Shown piece by piece: positions 50,187-59,022 of a DNA stretch of 64,000 bases (positions are counted from its first letter, which is position 1; every line of letters starts with the position of its first letter). The notes under the pieces are model-generated. The model did not search any database and was not told where the DNA came from. It saw only the letters and a program-made list of their open reading frames with translations. The stretch is from Alphaproteobacteria bacterium (GTDB taxonomy: Bacteria; Pseudomonadota; Alphaproteobacteria; UBA828). A program made the translations under genes and the position numbers. The DNA is taken from contig CBDCCI010000002.1 of NCBI GenBank assembly GCA_965214705.1, positions 1,792,001 through 1,856,000 on the forward strand, written 5' to 3'.

Positions 50187-50276
50187 CGTCATGGCCGGGC
50201 TTGTCCCGGCCATCCACGGGGGCGCCCCGGTCTCGCGTGGCGGAACGAGATGCCCGGATCAAGTCCGGGCATGACG
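50187..50276. repeat. REP-like palindromic element, copy 2
   Basis: Same two arms as 48141-48226, with a different spacer. Confidence 0.85.
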
Positions 50277-50321
50277 TGAAGGGGAGACTGGCGAATTTCA
50301 TGCGACTTTCCGTGACACGAC

Positions 50322-51026
50322 CTAACCGCCCATGCCGACGAACTCGGCGACGAGGTCGGGGTCGGAGAGCTGCGACGGCGACACCTCGCTGGTGAACTGG
50401 CCGCGCTGGATGATGAGCACGCGCTGGGAGAGCTCGGCGATGAAGTCGAGGTTCTGCTCGACCAGCACGACGGTGAGCTTGCGCCGGGCCTGCAACGTCT
50501 TGAGGATCTCGACGATCTCTTCGACGATCGAGGGCTGGATGCCTTCGGTCGGCTCGTCCAGGAGGATCAGGCGGGGGCGGCCGCAGAGGCAGCGCGCCAG
50601 CGCCAGGATCTGCTGCTCACCGCCGGAGAGCACGCGGCCGGCGCGGTCGAGCAGCGGCTTGAGGCGCGGAAACTCCTCCAGCACCTCGTCGAGCACCTCC
50701 TGCTCGTCCACCTTTTGCACCGCGAAGCCCAGCCTGAGATTGTCGCGCACGCTCACGTTGGGGAAGATCTCGCGGCCCTGCGGCACGTAGCCGATGCCGC
50801 GCCGGTTGCGCCTGTGCGGTGGCTCCCGCGTGATGGTCTCGCCCTCGAAGGTGATCGTGCCATCAGTGGTCTTGACCAGGCCGATCAGGGTCTTGAGCAG
50901 CGTGGTCTTGCCCATGCCGTTGTGGCCCAGGATGCCGACGAATTCACCCTCTGCCACCTGGAGGTCGACGCCGTGCAGGATCGGGATCCTGCCGTAGCTC
51001 GCGCGAATGCCTTCTGCGCTCAGCAT
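50322..51026 (-). CDS. ABC ATP-binding protein (UrtE/LivF-like)
   Basis: GHNGMGKT, LSGGEQQ and LDEPTEGIQPS. Confidence 0.92.
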   Translation of the reverse strand: MLSAEGIRASYGRIPILHGVDLQVAEGEFVGILGHNGMGKTTLLKTLIGLVKTTDGTITFEGETITREPPHRRNRRGIGYVPQGREIFPNVSVRDNLRLGFAVQKVDEQEVLDEVLEEFPRLKPLLDRAGRVLSGGEQQILALARCLCGRPRLILLDEPTEGIQPSIVEEIVEILKTLQARRKLTVVLVEQNLDFIAELSQRVLIIQRGQFTSEVSPSQLSDPDLVAEFVGMGG

Positions 51027-51029
51027 CGC

Positions 51030-51770
51030 TCAGGCCTGGTGCTGCTTGCCGAGGTAGATGTCGCGCACCTGTTGATTCTTCTCCAGGTTCGCCATGGTGT
51101 CCTCGATCAGGATCGCTCCTTGATGGAACACGGTCACCCGCTTCGCGATCGACTTGATGAACTGCATGTCATGTTCGACAACGATCATCGACGTGGTCTT
51201 GTTAATTTCGAGAATCAGGTCTGTGGTCTGGTTGACCTCCTCGTGGGTCATGCCCGCCGTCGGCTCGTCGAGCAGGATCAGCTCCGGCTCGCCGGTGAGC
51301 ACGGTGCCGAGCTCGACCCGCTGGCGCTCGCCGTGAGCGAGCTGGCCGACGACGCGGCGGGCGAGGGCGCTGAGGCGGAGGCGGTCCAGAATCTCGTCCA
51401 CGATGCGGTTGGCCTCGCGGCGGCCGTGATGGCGGCGGGCTGCGACCCAGATGTTCTCGTGCACGCTCAAGCCGTCGAAGACGCTCGGCACCTGGGTCTT
51501 GATGCCGATGCCGCGGCGCGCGATCTGGTAGGTGTGGGAGCCGGTGATGTCGGCGCCCCGGAAGCGGACCCGCCCGGCGGACGCCTTGTACTGGTGGGTC
51601 AGGCACTTGAAGAAGGTGCTCTTGCCGGCGCCGTTGGGGCCGATCAAGCAGCGCAGCTCGCCCTCATCCATGGAGAAGTCGACATCGTCGACCGCGACCA
51701 CGCCGCCGAAGCGCATGGTGAGCCGGTGCGTCTCCAGGATGGGCACTCCGTTCGTCGCTGAGTCGGTCAC
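51030..51770 (-). CDS. ABC ATP-binding protein (UrtD/LivG-like)
   Basis: GPNGAGKST, LAHGERQ, LDEPTAGM and VEHDM. Confidence 0.92.
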   Translation of the reverse strand: MTDSATNGVPILETHRLTMRFGGVVAVDDVDFSMDEGELRCLIGPNGAGKSTFFKCLTHQYKASAGRVRFRGADITGSHTYQIARRGIGIKTQVPSVFDGLSVHENIWVAARRHHGRREANRIVDEILDRLRLSALARRVVGQLAHGERQRVELGTVLTGEPELILLDEPTAGMTHEEVNQTTDLILEINKTTSMIVVEHDMQFIKSIAKRVTVFHQGAILIEDTMANLEKNQQVRDIYLGKQHQA

Positions 51771-52822
51771 CGCGCCGCCTCCTGTCGTCCCCCGCCGCCC
51801 GGGCCGCCGAAACCCGCCCCGGGCAGAATACGCTCCGCCAGCATGCGTGCGGTAGGCAGCAGCCCGGCCGGCACCGCCAGCACGAACACCATAATGATCC
51901 CGCCGAAGATCAGGTAGGTGTTGGTGATCTGCTGCTGGCCGATCTCGAACTTTAGCATCAAGAGCCCGATGCAACCGATCATCGGCCCGACCAGGGTGCC
52001 GAGGCCGCCGATCAGCGTCCACATGATGATCTCGGCCGCGAAGTTGAGCGCGAACACGTCCGGGTTGACGAAGGAGTTGAAGTTGACACCGAGGCAGCCT
52101 GCGAGGCCCGCCATGCCGCCGCCGATGGTGAAGGTCTGCAGCTTGTGCAGGCGGACGTCGTAGCCGAGCAGCTCGGCGCGCAGCTCGTTCTCCCGGATCG
52201 CAACCGCGACCCGGCCGAAGTGCGAGCGGTTGAGCAGCTTGAGGCCGAAATAGCACAGAATCAGGCACCCCATCGCGAGATGGAATATCTCGTCGGGGAA
52301 GAGTAGAGCGTTGCCGTCCCCCGGCCAGTTGATGGGCTGGATCGACGAGATGCCGTTGAAGCCCATCAGCCGCTGCGCGCCGATGACGTATTCCTCGCCC
52401 GCCGTCGAGCGCATGAAGTTGTAGAGGATGAGCGTGACCGCGAGCGTCACCACCGCGAGGTACACGTCGCTGAGGCGGCCGTAAAACATGAAGTAGCCGA
52501 GCAGGGCGGCGAAGGCGGCAGGCACGATGATCGCCAGGAAGAAGGGCCCCGTGCTCTCGCCGATGTTGCCCACGGCGATGGCGTAGGTGTAGGCGCCGAG
52601 GCCGTAGAAGGCGGACTGCCCGAAGCAGAGGATGCCGCCATAGCCCCAAATGAAGCCCATGGAGAGCGCCAAGATCGCCATGGCAACGAAAAGCGTCACC
52701 TTGAAGAGCAGGAACAGGTCGAAGATGTGCGGGCCTGCGAACAGCAGCACCAGCATGACCAAACCGACCAACGCGGTGCCCAGGGTCTCCCAGCTTCTCA
52801 GGTTGACGCCGAGGACGGTCAC
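51767..52822 (-). CDS. ABC permease (UrtC/LivM-like)
   Basis: WGYGGILCFGQSAFYGLGAY and AIRENE.RA..LGY. Confidence 0.9.
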   Translation of the reverse strand: MTVLGVNLRSWETLGTALVGLVMLVLLFAGPHIFDLFLLFKVTLFVAMAILALSMGFIWGYGGILCFGQSAFYGLGAYTYAIAVGNIGESTGPFFLAIIVPAAFAALLGYFMFYGRLSDVYLAVVTLAVTLILYNFMRSTAGEEYVIGAQRLMGFNGISSIQPINWPGDGNALLFPDEIFHLAMGCLILCYFGLKLLNRSHFGRVAVAIRENELRAELLGYDVRLHKLQTFTIGGGMAGLAGCLGVNFNSFVNPDVFALNFAAEIIMWTLIGGLGTLVGPMIGCIGLLMLKFEIGQQQITNTYLIFGGIIMVFVLAVPAGLLPTARMLAERILPGAGFGGPGGGGRQEAAR

Positions 52823-53688
52823 AGCGAACGCCTGAAGATCTTGCCGGTGATGCCTTGCGGCAGGAGCCGCAGCATCACCACCGCGACGATGAGCAGGCCG
52901 ACGCCGCCGAGCACCGGCGTGAACTCGTAGCTCAAGAGCTGCCGCACGGTGCCAAAGACGCCCGAGGCGACCAGAGTGCCGGTCACGGCGCCGGTGCCGC
53001 CGGTGATGACGGTGATGAACGTCTGCGCGACGTAGGCCGCGCCGGCGGTCGGGATGACTTGCGAGATCGGCGCAAGTAGGCCGCCCGCAAGCCCGGTCAG
53101 GCCAGCGCCGACCGCGAAGGTCACCATGTAGACGCGCTGCGTGCTGATGCCGAGCACGGAGGCTTGGGCCGGGTTCTGCATGGTGCCGCGCGCGATGAGG
53201 CCGAGCTTGGTGCGCGTCAGTACCAGGAAGACCCCGATGAACAGCAGGATCACGATGCCGATGAGCACCATGCGGTACTGGGCGACGTTGTAGACGCCGA
53301 CCTCGAAACTGCCCATGGGCGCGGAGACGCCCTCGATGATGTTGCCGAAGATGGCGGTGACGATGCCAATGAGCAGCAGGCTCAAGCCCCAAGTCGCGAT
53401 CAGCGTGTCGATCATGCGGCCGTAGAAGAAGCGGATGAAGGTCCGCTCCACGATGACGCCGATGATCCCGACGACGATCGGCGAGATGATCAGCATCGAG
53501 ATCCAGATGTTGATGCCCAGCGTCTTGGTGCACACCACGGTGGTGTAGGCGCCCAGCATCATGAACTCGCCGTAGGCAAAATTGATCACCCGCATCATGC
53601 CGAAAATGATTGCCAGCCCGGCGCAGGCGAGCGCCAGGCTGGCAATCCCGTTCAGCACTTCGATGATCAGGAGCGCAGCGGTATCCAC
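52819..53688 (-). CDS. ABC permease (UrtB/LivH-like)
   Basis: GLAIIFGMMRVINFAYGEF and TLIATWGLSL. Confidence 0.9.
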   Translation of the reverse strand: MDTAALLIIEVLNGIASLALACAGLAIIFGMMRVINFAYGEFMMLGAYTTVVCTKTLGINIWISMLIISPIVVGIIGVIVERTFIRFFYGRMIDTLIATWGLSLLLIGIVTAIFGNIIEGVSAPMGSFEVGVYNVAQYRMVLIGIVILLFIGVFLVLTRTKLGLIARGTMQNPAQASVLGISTQRVYMVTFAVGAGLTGLAGGLLAPISQVIPTAGAAYVAQTFITVITGGTGAVTGTLVASGVFGTVRQLLSYEFTPVLGGVGLLIVAVVMLRLLPQGITGKIFRRSL

Positions 53689-53745
53689 GGCGCGCCCGTC
53701 GTCAAGCGTGCTTTCGCACTCGTTACGCTGCGACCTTCAGAACGC

Positions 53746-54993
53746 CTAGATGATCGGCTCCAGGTGGGCGTTCATGTCGGGATCCTTGGTCAGGTCGCAA
53801 CGATCGATCACGTCGCTCGGGTACATCTGCGAGTAGCTCTCGAAGATGTTCCAAGTCTGGTTCTGGCACTCGGCCATGTGCATGTCCTGGATGACGTGGT
53901 TGGTCACTGGATCGACCACCATGTGCCCGGCCGGGCCGTCCCAGGCGATGTCGCCGCTGCGCAGCGCCGCGATCACGTCCTCGCGCTCGTGGCTGCCGGC
54001 GGCCTTGACGCCGAGCGACCAGAGCATGGTGCCGAGGTAGCCGCCGATGCCCACCGAGTTAAGGTACTGGGCATCGTCGCCGAAGCGCTCCTGATAGCGT
54101 TTTACGAACTCGACGTTGGCGGGGAGCTGCAACTCCTGGAAGTAGGGCTGGGCGCTGACGATGCCGTTGCCTTCCTCGGCGCTGAGCTGGACGTGTTCGT
54201 TGCCGACGCCGAAGGTCACCGAGACGATCGGGATCTCGTTCAGCATGCCGGCCGCGTACCACTGGCGGTAGAAGCCGGTGTGCGCCGCGCCCACGAGACA
54301 GGTGGAGAGCCAGTCGGGCTTCGCTTCCTGAATCTTGGCGATGGCCGGGCCGAACTCCGCCACGTCGAGGGGGAAGAAGTCCTTGGTGATGACTTCGGAA
54401 CTTTGTTCCTTGGCAAAGACCTCGGTCCACTTGCCGATAATCTGGGGCGCGTTGTAGTCGGCGCCGATGTAGTAGCAGCGCTTGCCGTGGGTCTTGAAGC
54501 CATAGTCAGCCATCGGCTTCACCCACTGCACGGCGGTCACGCCGCTGACGAAATTGTTGATGTCGCAGACGCCGCCTTCGTAGATCACGCTGTACCAGAG
54601 GAGCGTCTGGAAGCGGCGCAGGATCGGGCGGATCACCTCGCGCGAGGCGCTGGTGATGGCGCCGTGCACCAGGTCGACACGCTCCTTGAGCGCCGCCTCC
54701 TGGGCGTACTGCGCGTAAAGCTCCATGTTGGACTGCGGGTCGTACTTGATCAGCCGGATCTTCTTGCCGAGCAGGCCGCCGGCCGCGTTGATCTCCTCGA
54801 CCGCGAGCTCGCAGGTCTGGGTCATCGGCGTGCCGTAGATGTCGAGGCCGCCGGACTGGTCGAAGATACTGGCGACGACGATCTCGTCGTCGTCGGCATA
54901 GGCCTTGGGCGAGGCCGCCAGGCCTGCTGCCACCAGTGTTGCGGCACTCCCAACCGTGCCCTTGAGGAAACCTCTCCGAGTGCTGTCGAACAT
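53746..54993 (-). CDS. ABC substrate-binding protein (UrtA/AmiC-like), Tat-exported
   Basis: Tat motif TRRGFLKG, EEINAAGGLLG, TSASRE and YEGG. Confidence 0.9.
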   Translation of the reverse strand: MFDSTRRGFLKGTVGSAATLVAAGLAASPKAYADDDEIVVASIFDQSGGLDIYGTPMTQTCELAVEEINAAGGLLGKKIRLIKYDPQSNMELYAQYAQEAALKERVDLVHGAITSASREVIRPILRRFQTLLWYSVIYEGGVCDINNFVSGVTAVQWVKPMADYGFKTHGKRCYYIGADYNAPQIIGKWTEVFAKEQSSEVITKDFFPLDVAEFGPAIAKIQEAKPDWLSTCLVGAAHTGFYRQWYAAGMLNEIPIVSVTFGVGNEHVQLSAEEGNGIVSAQPYFQELQLPANVEFVKRYQERFGDDAQYLNSVGIGGYLGTMLWSLGVKAAGSHEREDVIAALRSGDIAWDGPAGHMVVDPVTNHVIQDMHMAECQNQTWNIFESYSQMYPSDVIDRCDLTKDPDMNAHLEPII

Positions 54994-55151
54994 GGGTTCT
55001 AGCCCCTCCCTAAGTTCATCGAATGCGCGCTCCCGCGCCCTGCCGCAGGGTAGGCGCACGGCGCTGCCCGCGCAACGCTGCGGCGTGCGGTAGAATACTC
55101 GCGCGCTACAGGATTCGCCTCTCTTCGAAGGCTTTTAGCGGATACAGCCCG

Positions 55152-55787
55152 CTACGTCCGCCTCCGATCCGGCCGATAGTCCCTGGGATCGAGACAGGCA
55201 TCGTAGAAGTCCCGGTCCATCCGGAACCAGTCGGTCCGATCAATACCCCGCCGCACGGTCGCGTTCGGCCCGACGGGGAAAGCCGAGACCACTTTCAACC
55301 AGCGCCCAGCGCTTCGCGAGATGTCGCGGACTTCCCGCGCTACTTCGCTGAGGTCCTGGTCCTGACTGAAAATGATCGCCACATCCAGCTCCGCGTTTCG
55401 CGCCATGCGCACCACGTCGAGGCCGAGCCGGAGATCGATTCCCTTCTCCCTCTCGACCGGAAGCTCGTGAATCGTACCGTCAGGCAGCCGGATCCGCTCG
55501 ACCCGATAGCGCAGGCTTCGTGACGTGACGACGATGCCCGCTCGCCGCATTGCGGTTAGTCGCCGCGTCCAGTAGCCGTGCCACATCGGCGACCTGTCGG
55601 CGCTGGGTACGCCGGTATAGAAGCGGACGCCGCAATCGACCCAACCTCGATCGGCGCACACCGCGTCGGCAAGCCTGCGGGGATCGAAGTTGGGATGATG
55701 GTAGCCGAACGCGTCCTTCGCGTGCCGGTACAGGTTCTGCCCGTCGATAAACGAGACGGCGCGTTTGATTTTAGGTTCGGCGGGCAT
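55152..55787 (-). CDS. NYN-domain (PIN-like) ribonuclease
   Basis: FIDGQNL, RFYTG, EKGIDL.L.LD and FSQDQDL form the acidic catalytic set. Confidence 0.88.
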   Translation of the reverse strand: MPAEPKIKRAVSFIDGQNLYRHAKDAFGYHHPNFDPRRLADAVCADRGWVDCGVRFYTGVPSADRSPMWHGYWTRRLTAMRRAGIVVTSRSLRYRVERIRLPDGTIHELPVEREKGIDLRLGLDVVRMARNAELDVAIIFSQDQDLSEVAREVRDISRSAGRWLKVVSAFPVGPNATVRRGIDRTDWFRMDRDFYDACLDPRDYRPDRRRT

Positions 55788-55794
55788 GGCGGAA

Positions 55795-55843
55795 GAAATA
55801 ACCCCGCCGGGGCCTTGCGGCGAGTCCGGCGGGGACCAAGTGT
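55795..55843 (-). ncRNA. Candidate structured RNA in the NYN 5' leader
   Basis: Sense strand reads CCCCGCCGG-ACUC-GCC-GCAA-GGC-C-CCGGCGGGG: a 9-bp GC stem, an internal loop and a GNRA-capped inner stem. Confidence 0.55.
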
Positions 55844-55848
55844 CCGGC

Positions 55849-55878
55849 ACCATAGATGTGCCTGCAGCCGAGCGTCAA
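55849..55878 (-). promoter_or_regulatory. Sigma70-type promoter for the leader and NYN gene
   Basis: TTGACG (55878-55873)-N18-TATGGT (55854-55849). Confidence 0.55.
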
Positions 55879-55910
55879 CGTGAAAACCCAGGCGGAGCGT
55901 TGTCGGCGGC

Positions 55911-57083
55911 TCACCCGGCGAAACCGAGGGTGCGCTCGATCAAGGCGCGGAGGATCAGCGCCGCGTCCACCATTTCGGCGAGAGGGATGAACTCGTTGGC
56001 GGCGTGGCTCATGGCGCCGTCGCCGGGGCCGAAATTGACGATCTCGATGCCGTCGCGGGCGAAGAAGCGGCCGTCGCTCGCGGCGAGCGCGTTGAGCACC
56101 GCCGGCGGCTTCCCCAGGCGCTCTTCGATGGCCGCCACCAGCGCCGACACGTGGGGGCCGTCGAGGGGCGCGGAGAAGCCGTTGGTGCCGACCAGGCGGC
56201 GCCCGGTGCAGGTCCCCCTGGGCTCGCCGGCGCTGGCCACCAGGGCCTCGATCTCGGTGAAGGCCGCATCGACTGATTCTTCCGGCAGGAGCCGCCGGTC
56301 GATCAGGAGCGTGCAGCGGTCGGGCACGACATTGGGGTTTTCGCCGGCATGGATCGTGCCGATGTTCATGGTCGAAACTTTTTCGCCGCTGCGCCGTGCG
56401 GCGAGCCGCGGCGCGAGCTCGGCCTGGAGCCTCTCCAGCAGGCGCATCATGCGGAGGATGGCGTTGTCGCCGGCCGGCGGATCGCCGCCGTGGGCGGCCC
56501 GGCCGGCGGTCTCGATCTCGACCCAGAGGATGCCGCGCTCCTCGATGATGATCTGGTTCTCGGTGGGCGAGCCGAGCACCAGGGCGTCGGGCTCGATCAG
56601 GCCTTCCTCGCGCAGGAAGGCGGTGCCCTCCGGGCCCAGGCGTTCCTCGTCGCCGGCGAGCACGAAGACCACGCTTCCTAGCCTGGGCCCGCCGCGCCGG
56701 GCGATTTCGTCCGCGAGCCAGAGGTGCACCGCCGCCGAGCCCTTGCAGTTGTTGGCGCCGGGCCCGTAGATGCAGCCCTTCTCCAGCGTCGCGGCGAAGG
56801 GGTCGGTGCGCCAGGCCGCGCGGTCGCCGGTGCCGACCGTGTCGATGTGGGCATTGAACACCACGCAGGGCGAGCCCTCGCCCAGCCGCGCAACCAGGTT
56901 GGCGATCGGCGGGGTCCGCATGGGCATGGAGACCTCGTAGCCGGCCGCCTTGAAATGCTCGCCGGCGGCTTCGCAGATCGCCTGCGTGTCGCCGGGCGGC
57001 GTGGTGGACGGGATCGCGATCAGCTCGGCGAGGAGGGCGTGCAGCGATTCGGCAATGGATTTCTCGGTGTCCGACACGGTCAC
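55911..57083 (-). CDS. M20/ArgE/DapE-family metallohydrolase
   Basis: NAHIDTV, W..DPF, DEE, GRAAHG, NVVPD and H..NE. Confidence 0.85.
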   Translation of the reverse strand: MTVSDTEKSIAESLHALLAELIAIPSTTPPGDTQAICEAAGEHFKAAGYEVSMPMRTPPIANLVARLGEGSPCVVFNAHIDTVGTGDRAAWRTDPFAATLEKGCIYGPGANNCKGSAAVHLWLADEIARRGGPRLGSVVFVLAGDEERLGPEGTAFLREEGLIEPDALVLGSPTENQIIIEERGILWVEIETAGRAAHGGDPPAGDNAILRMMRLLERLQAELAPRLAARRSGEKVSTMNIGTIHAGENPNVVPDRCTLLIDRRLLPEESVDAAFTEIEALVASAGEPRGTCTGRRLVGTNGFSAPLDGPHVSALVAAIEERLGKPPAVLNALAASDGRFFARDGIEIVNFGPGDGAMSHAANEFIPLAEMVDAALILRALIERTLGFAG

Positions 57084-57973
57084 TTGTCCTTGTCGGCACG
57101 GATGATGGACGTGCCGGAGAGCGAGCGCGGATCGCGGGCGCCCCAACGGCCGTTCTCGACCTGGGCGAAGAAGTCCGCGCACGCCTGGTTGAAGGCGTCG
57201 GGCTCTTCCAGGTTGATCGTGTGGCCCGACTTCGGGATCACCAGGAGGCCGGCGGTCGGGATCGTGCGCTTGAGGTAGAGGTTGGCGTCGAGGCAGGGCT
57301 CGTCCTCATCGCCGGTGATGAGCAACGTCGGCACGGTCAAGGCTGCGAGGCCGTCCTCCAGATCGTAGAGCGAGGGGCGGCGAGACTGCACGCCGCGTAG
57401 GGTGTTGGCCGTGCCCTTGGCCGAATGGTCGACGAGCCGGTTGCGGAAGGTGGCCCAGCCTCGCGGGTCCTTAGTCTGGAACTGCACGCGGGTGGGGCCG
57501 AGCGCGTAGTCGGCTCCGACCGGGCCGGCGCCCTCGCGCTCCAGGCGGTCGGCTACGGCGTTGGTCTCACGCTTGAAGTCCGAGCGGGCGTCCTTCGGCG
57601 CGCCGTAGCCGCAGCCGGCGACCACGAGGGCCGACGCGCGCGCCGGGTGCTTGAGGCCGATGTGGATGGTCGCGAACCCGCCCATGCTCAAGCCCACGAC
57701 GTGGGCGCGCTCGATACCGAGATGGTCGAGGACGGCGATCGCGTCTGCTACCGCGTGGTCCTGGCTGTAAGCCTCCGTGTCCTCCGGCACGTCGGAGGGC
57801 GGGTAGCCGCGGGCGTTGTAGGCGATGCAGCGGTAGCGCCGCGAGAAATGGCAGAGTTGCGGCTCCCAGCTCAGGTGATCGCCCGCGAACTCGTGGACAA
57901 AAAGTACAGGATGGCCCGACCCGGCCTCTTCGTAGTAAAGCCTGGTCCCGTCCGGTGACTGCGCGTGGGGCAT
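57080..57973 (-). CDS. Alpha/beta hydrolase
   Basis: FVHEFAG, NARGYPPSD, GLSMGG, GDEDEP and GHTINLE. Confidence 0.9.
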   Translation of the reverse strand: MPHAQSPDGTRLYYEEAGSGHPVLFVHEFAGDHLSWEPQLCHFSRRYRCIAYNARGYPPSDVPEDTEAYSQDHAVADAIAVLDHLGIERAHVVGLSMGGFATIHIGLKHPARASALVVAGCGYGAPKDARSDFKRETNAVADRLEREGAGPVGADYALGPTRVQFQTKDPRGWATFRNRLVDHSAKGTANTLRGVQSRRPSLYDLEDGLAALTVPTLLITGDEDEPCLDANLYLKRTIPTAGLLVIPKSGHTINLEEPDAFNQACADFFAQVENGRWGARDPRSLSGTSIIRADKDK

Positions 57974-58080
57974 GGCTGATCTTCCTCAGACTGGGGGCAT
58001 GATAAAGGTGCGTCGGCGCGCGAGTCCTAGAATCGTGATATGATAGAGCACCTTCGAGGGTATGGAACGGGACTCAGCGC

Positions 58081-59022
58081 ATGTGCGGAATAGCGGGCGT
58101 GATGTTCAAGCACGGGAGCACGGGACTTGGCACCGGTCAGGCTCTGATCGATATGCTGGACGGCTGCCAGCACCGTGGTCCGGATTCCACCGGCTTCGCG
58201 CTCTACGAGGATGTCGAACCGGGCAAGCTCCGGCTTCGCTTTCTCGTGGAGGAGGAGAACGGTGCGAGCGATGGCGTTGGCCACAATAGCGGGGTCGAGG
58301 CCGCGATCGCAGACATTCGTACCACGCTTGAGGACCACGGCGCCGAGATCGTGGAAGACGAGCACGTGGGCAACAGCTACCGGGTGGTCGTGCGCTTCTC
58401 CGGCGATGTGCAGAAGCTCACCTACGACATGGAGCATGCGGCGACGCTGATCTCGATCGGCGAGAGTCTGGACATCCGCAAGGACGTGGGCGGCGCCCAC
58501 GACGTGGACGATGTGTTCCACGTGCGCGAGGTGCAGGGCACCCACGGTCTGGGTCACGTGCGGCTTGCGACCGAATCCGAAGTGAAGCCCGAGGCGGCGC
58601 ATCCCTTCTGGGCAACCGGGTTCACCGACATCGCAATCGTGCACAACGGCCAGATCACCAACTACTGGAAGATGCGGCGCAGGCTCGAGCGGCGCGGATT
58701 CGAGTTCCACACGGATAACGACAGCGAGCTGATTGCGGTCTATCTGGCGGACAAGCTCGCCAACGAGGTGCCGCTGGAAGACGCGCTGAAGACCTCGATC
58801 GACGACCTCGACGGCACGTTCTCGTTCCTGGTCTCGACCAAGGACGAGATCGGCTACGCCAAGGATCATCTCGCGGCGAAGCCGATGATCATGTACGAGA
58901 ACGACGACCTGATCGCGATTGCCTCGGAGGAGGTCTCGTTGAACCGCCTCTTCCCAGGCCGCGCACTCGATACCAGGGAACCGCCGCCGGGGAGCTACGG
59001 TACATGGTCCAGATTGACCTAG
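58081..59022 (+). CDS. Class II glutamine amidotransferase (GltB N-domain / MgsA-like)
   Basis: N-terminal MCGI, HRGPDS, GHVRLAT, AHPF, VHNGQITN and DSE. Confidence 0.9.
   Translation: MCGIAGVMFKHGSTGLGTGQALIDMLDGCQHRGPDSTGFALYEDVEPGKLRLRFLVEEENGASDGVGHNSGVEAAIADIRTTLEDHGAEIVEDEHVGNSYRVVVRFSGDVQKLTYDMEHAATLISIGESLDIRKDVGGAHDVDDVFHVREVQGTHGLGHVRLATESEVKPEAAHPFWATGFTDIAIVHNGQITNYWKMRRRLERRGFEFHTDNDSELIAVYLADKLANEVPLEDALKTSIDDLDGTFSFLVSTKDEIGYAKDHLAAKPMIMYENDDLIAIASEEVSLNRLFPGRALDTREPPPGSYGTWSRLT

Noticed and set aside
48141-50276. Repeats as a CRISPR array
   Set aside because: Only two copies 2 kb apart, no spacer periodicity and no cas genes.
50322-54993. Assigning urtABCDE gene symbols
   Set aside because: The family resemblance is clear, but there is no urease nearby and the substrate cannot be determined from sequence.
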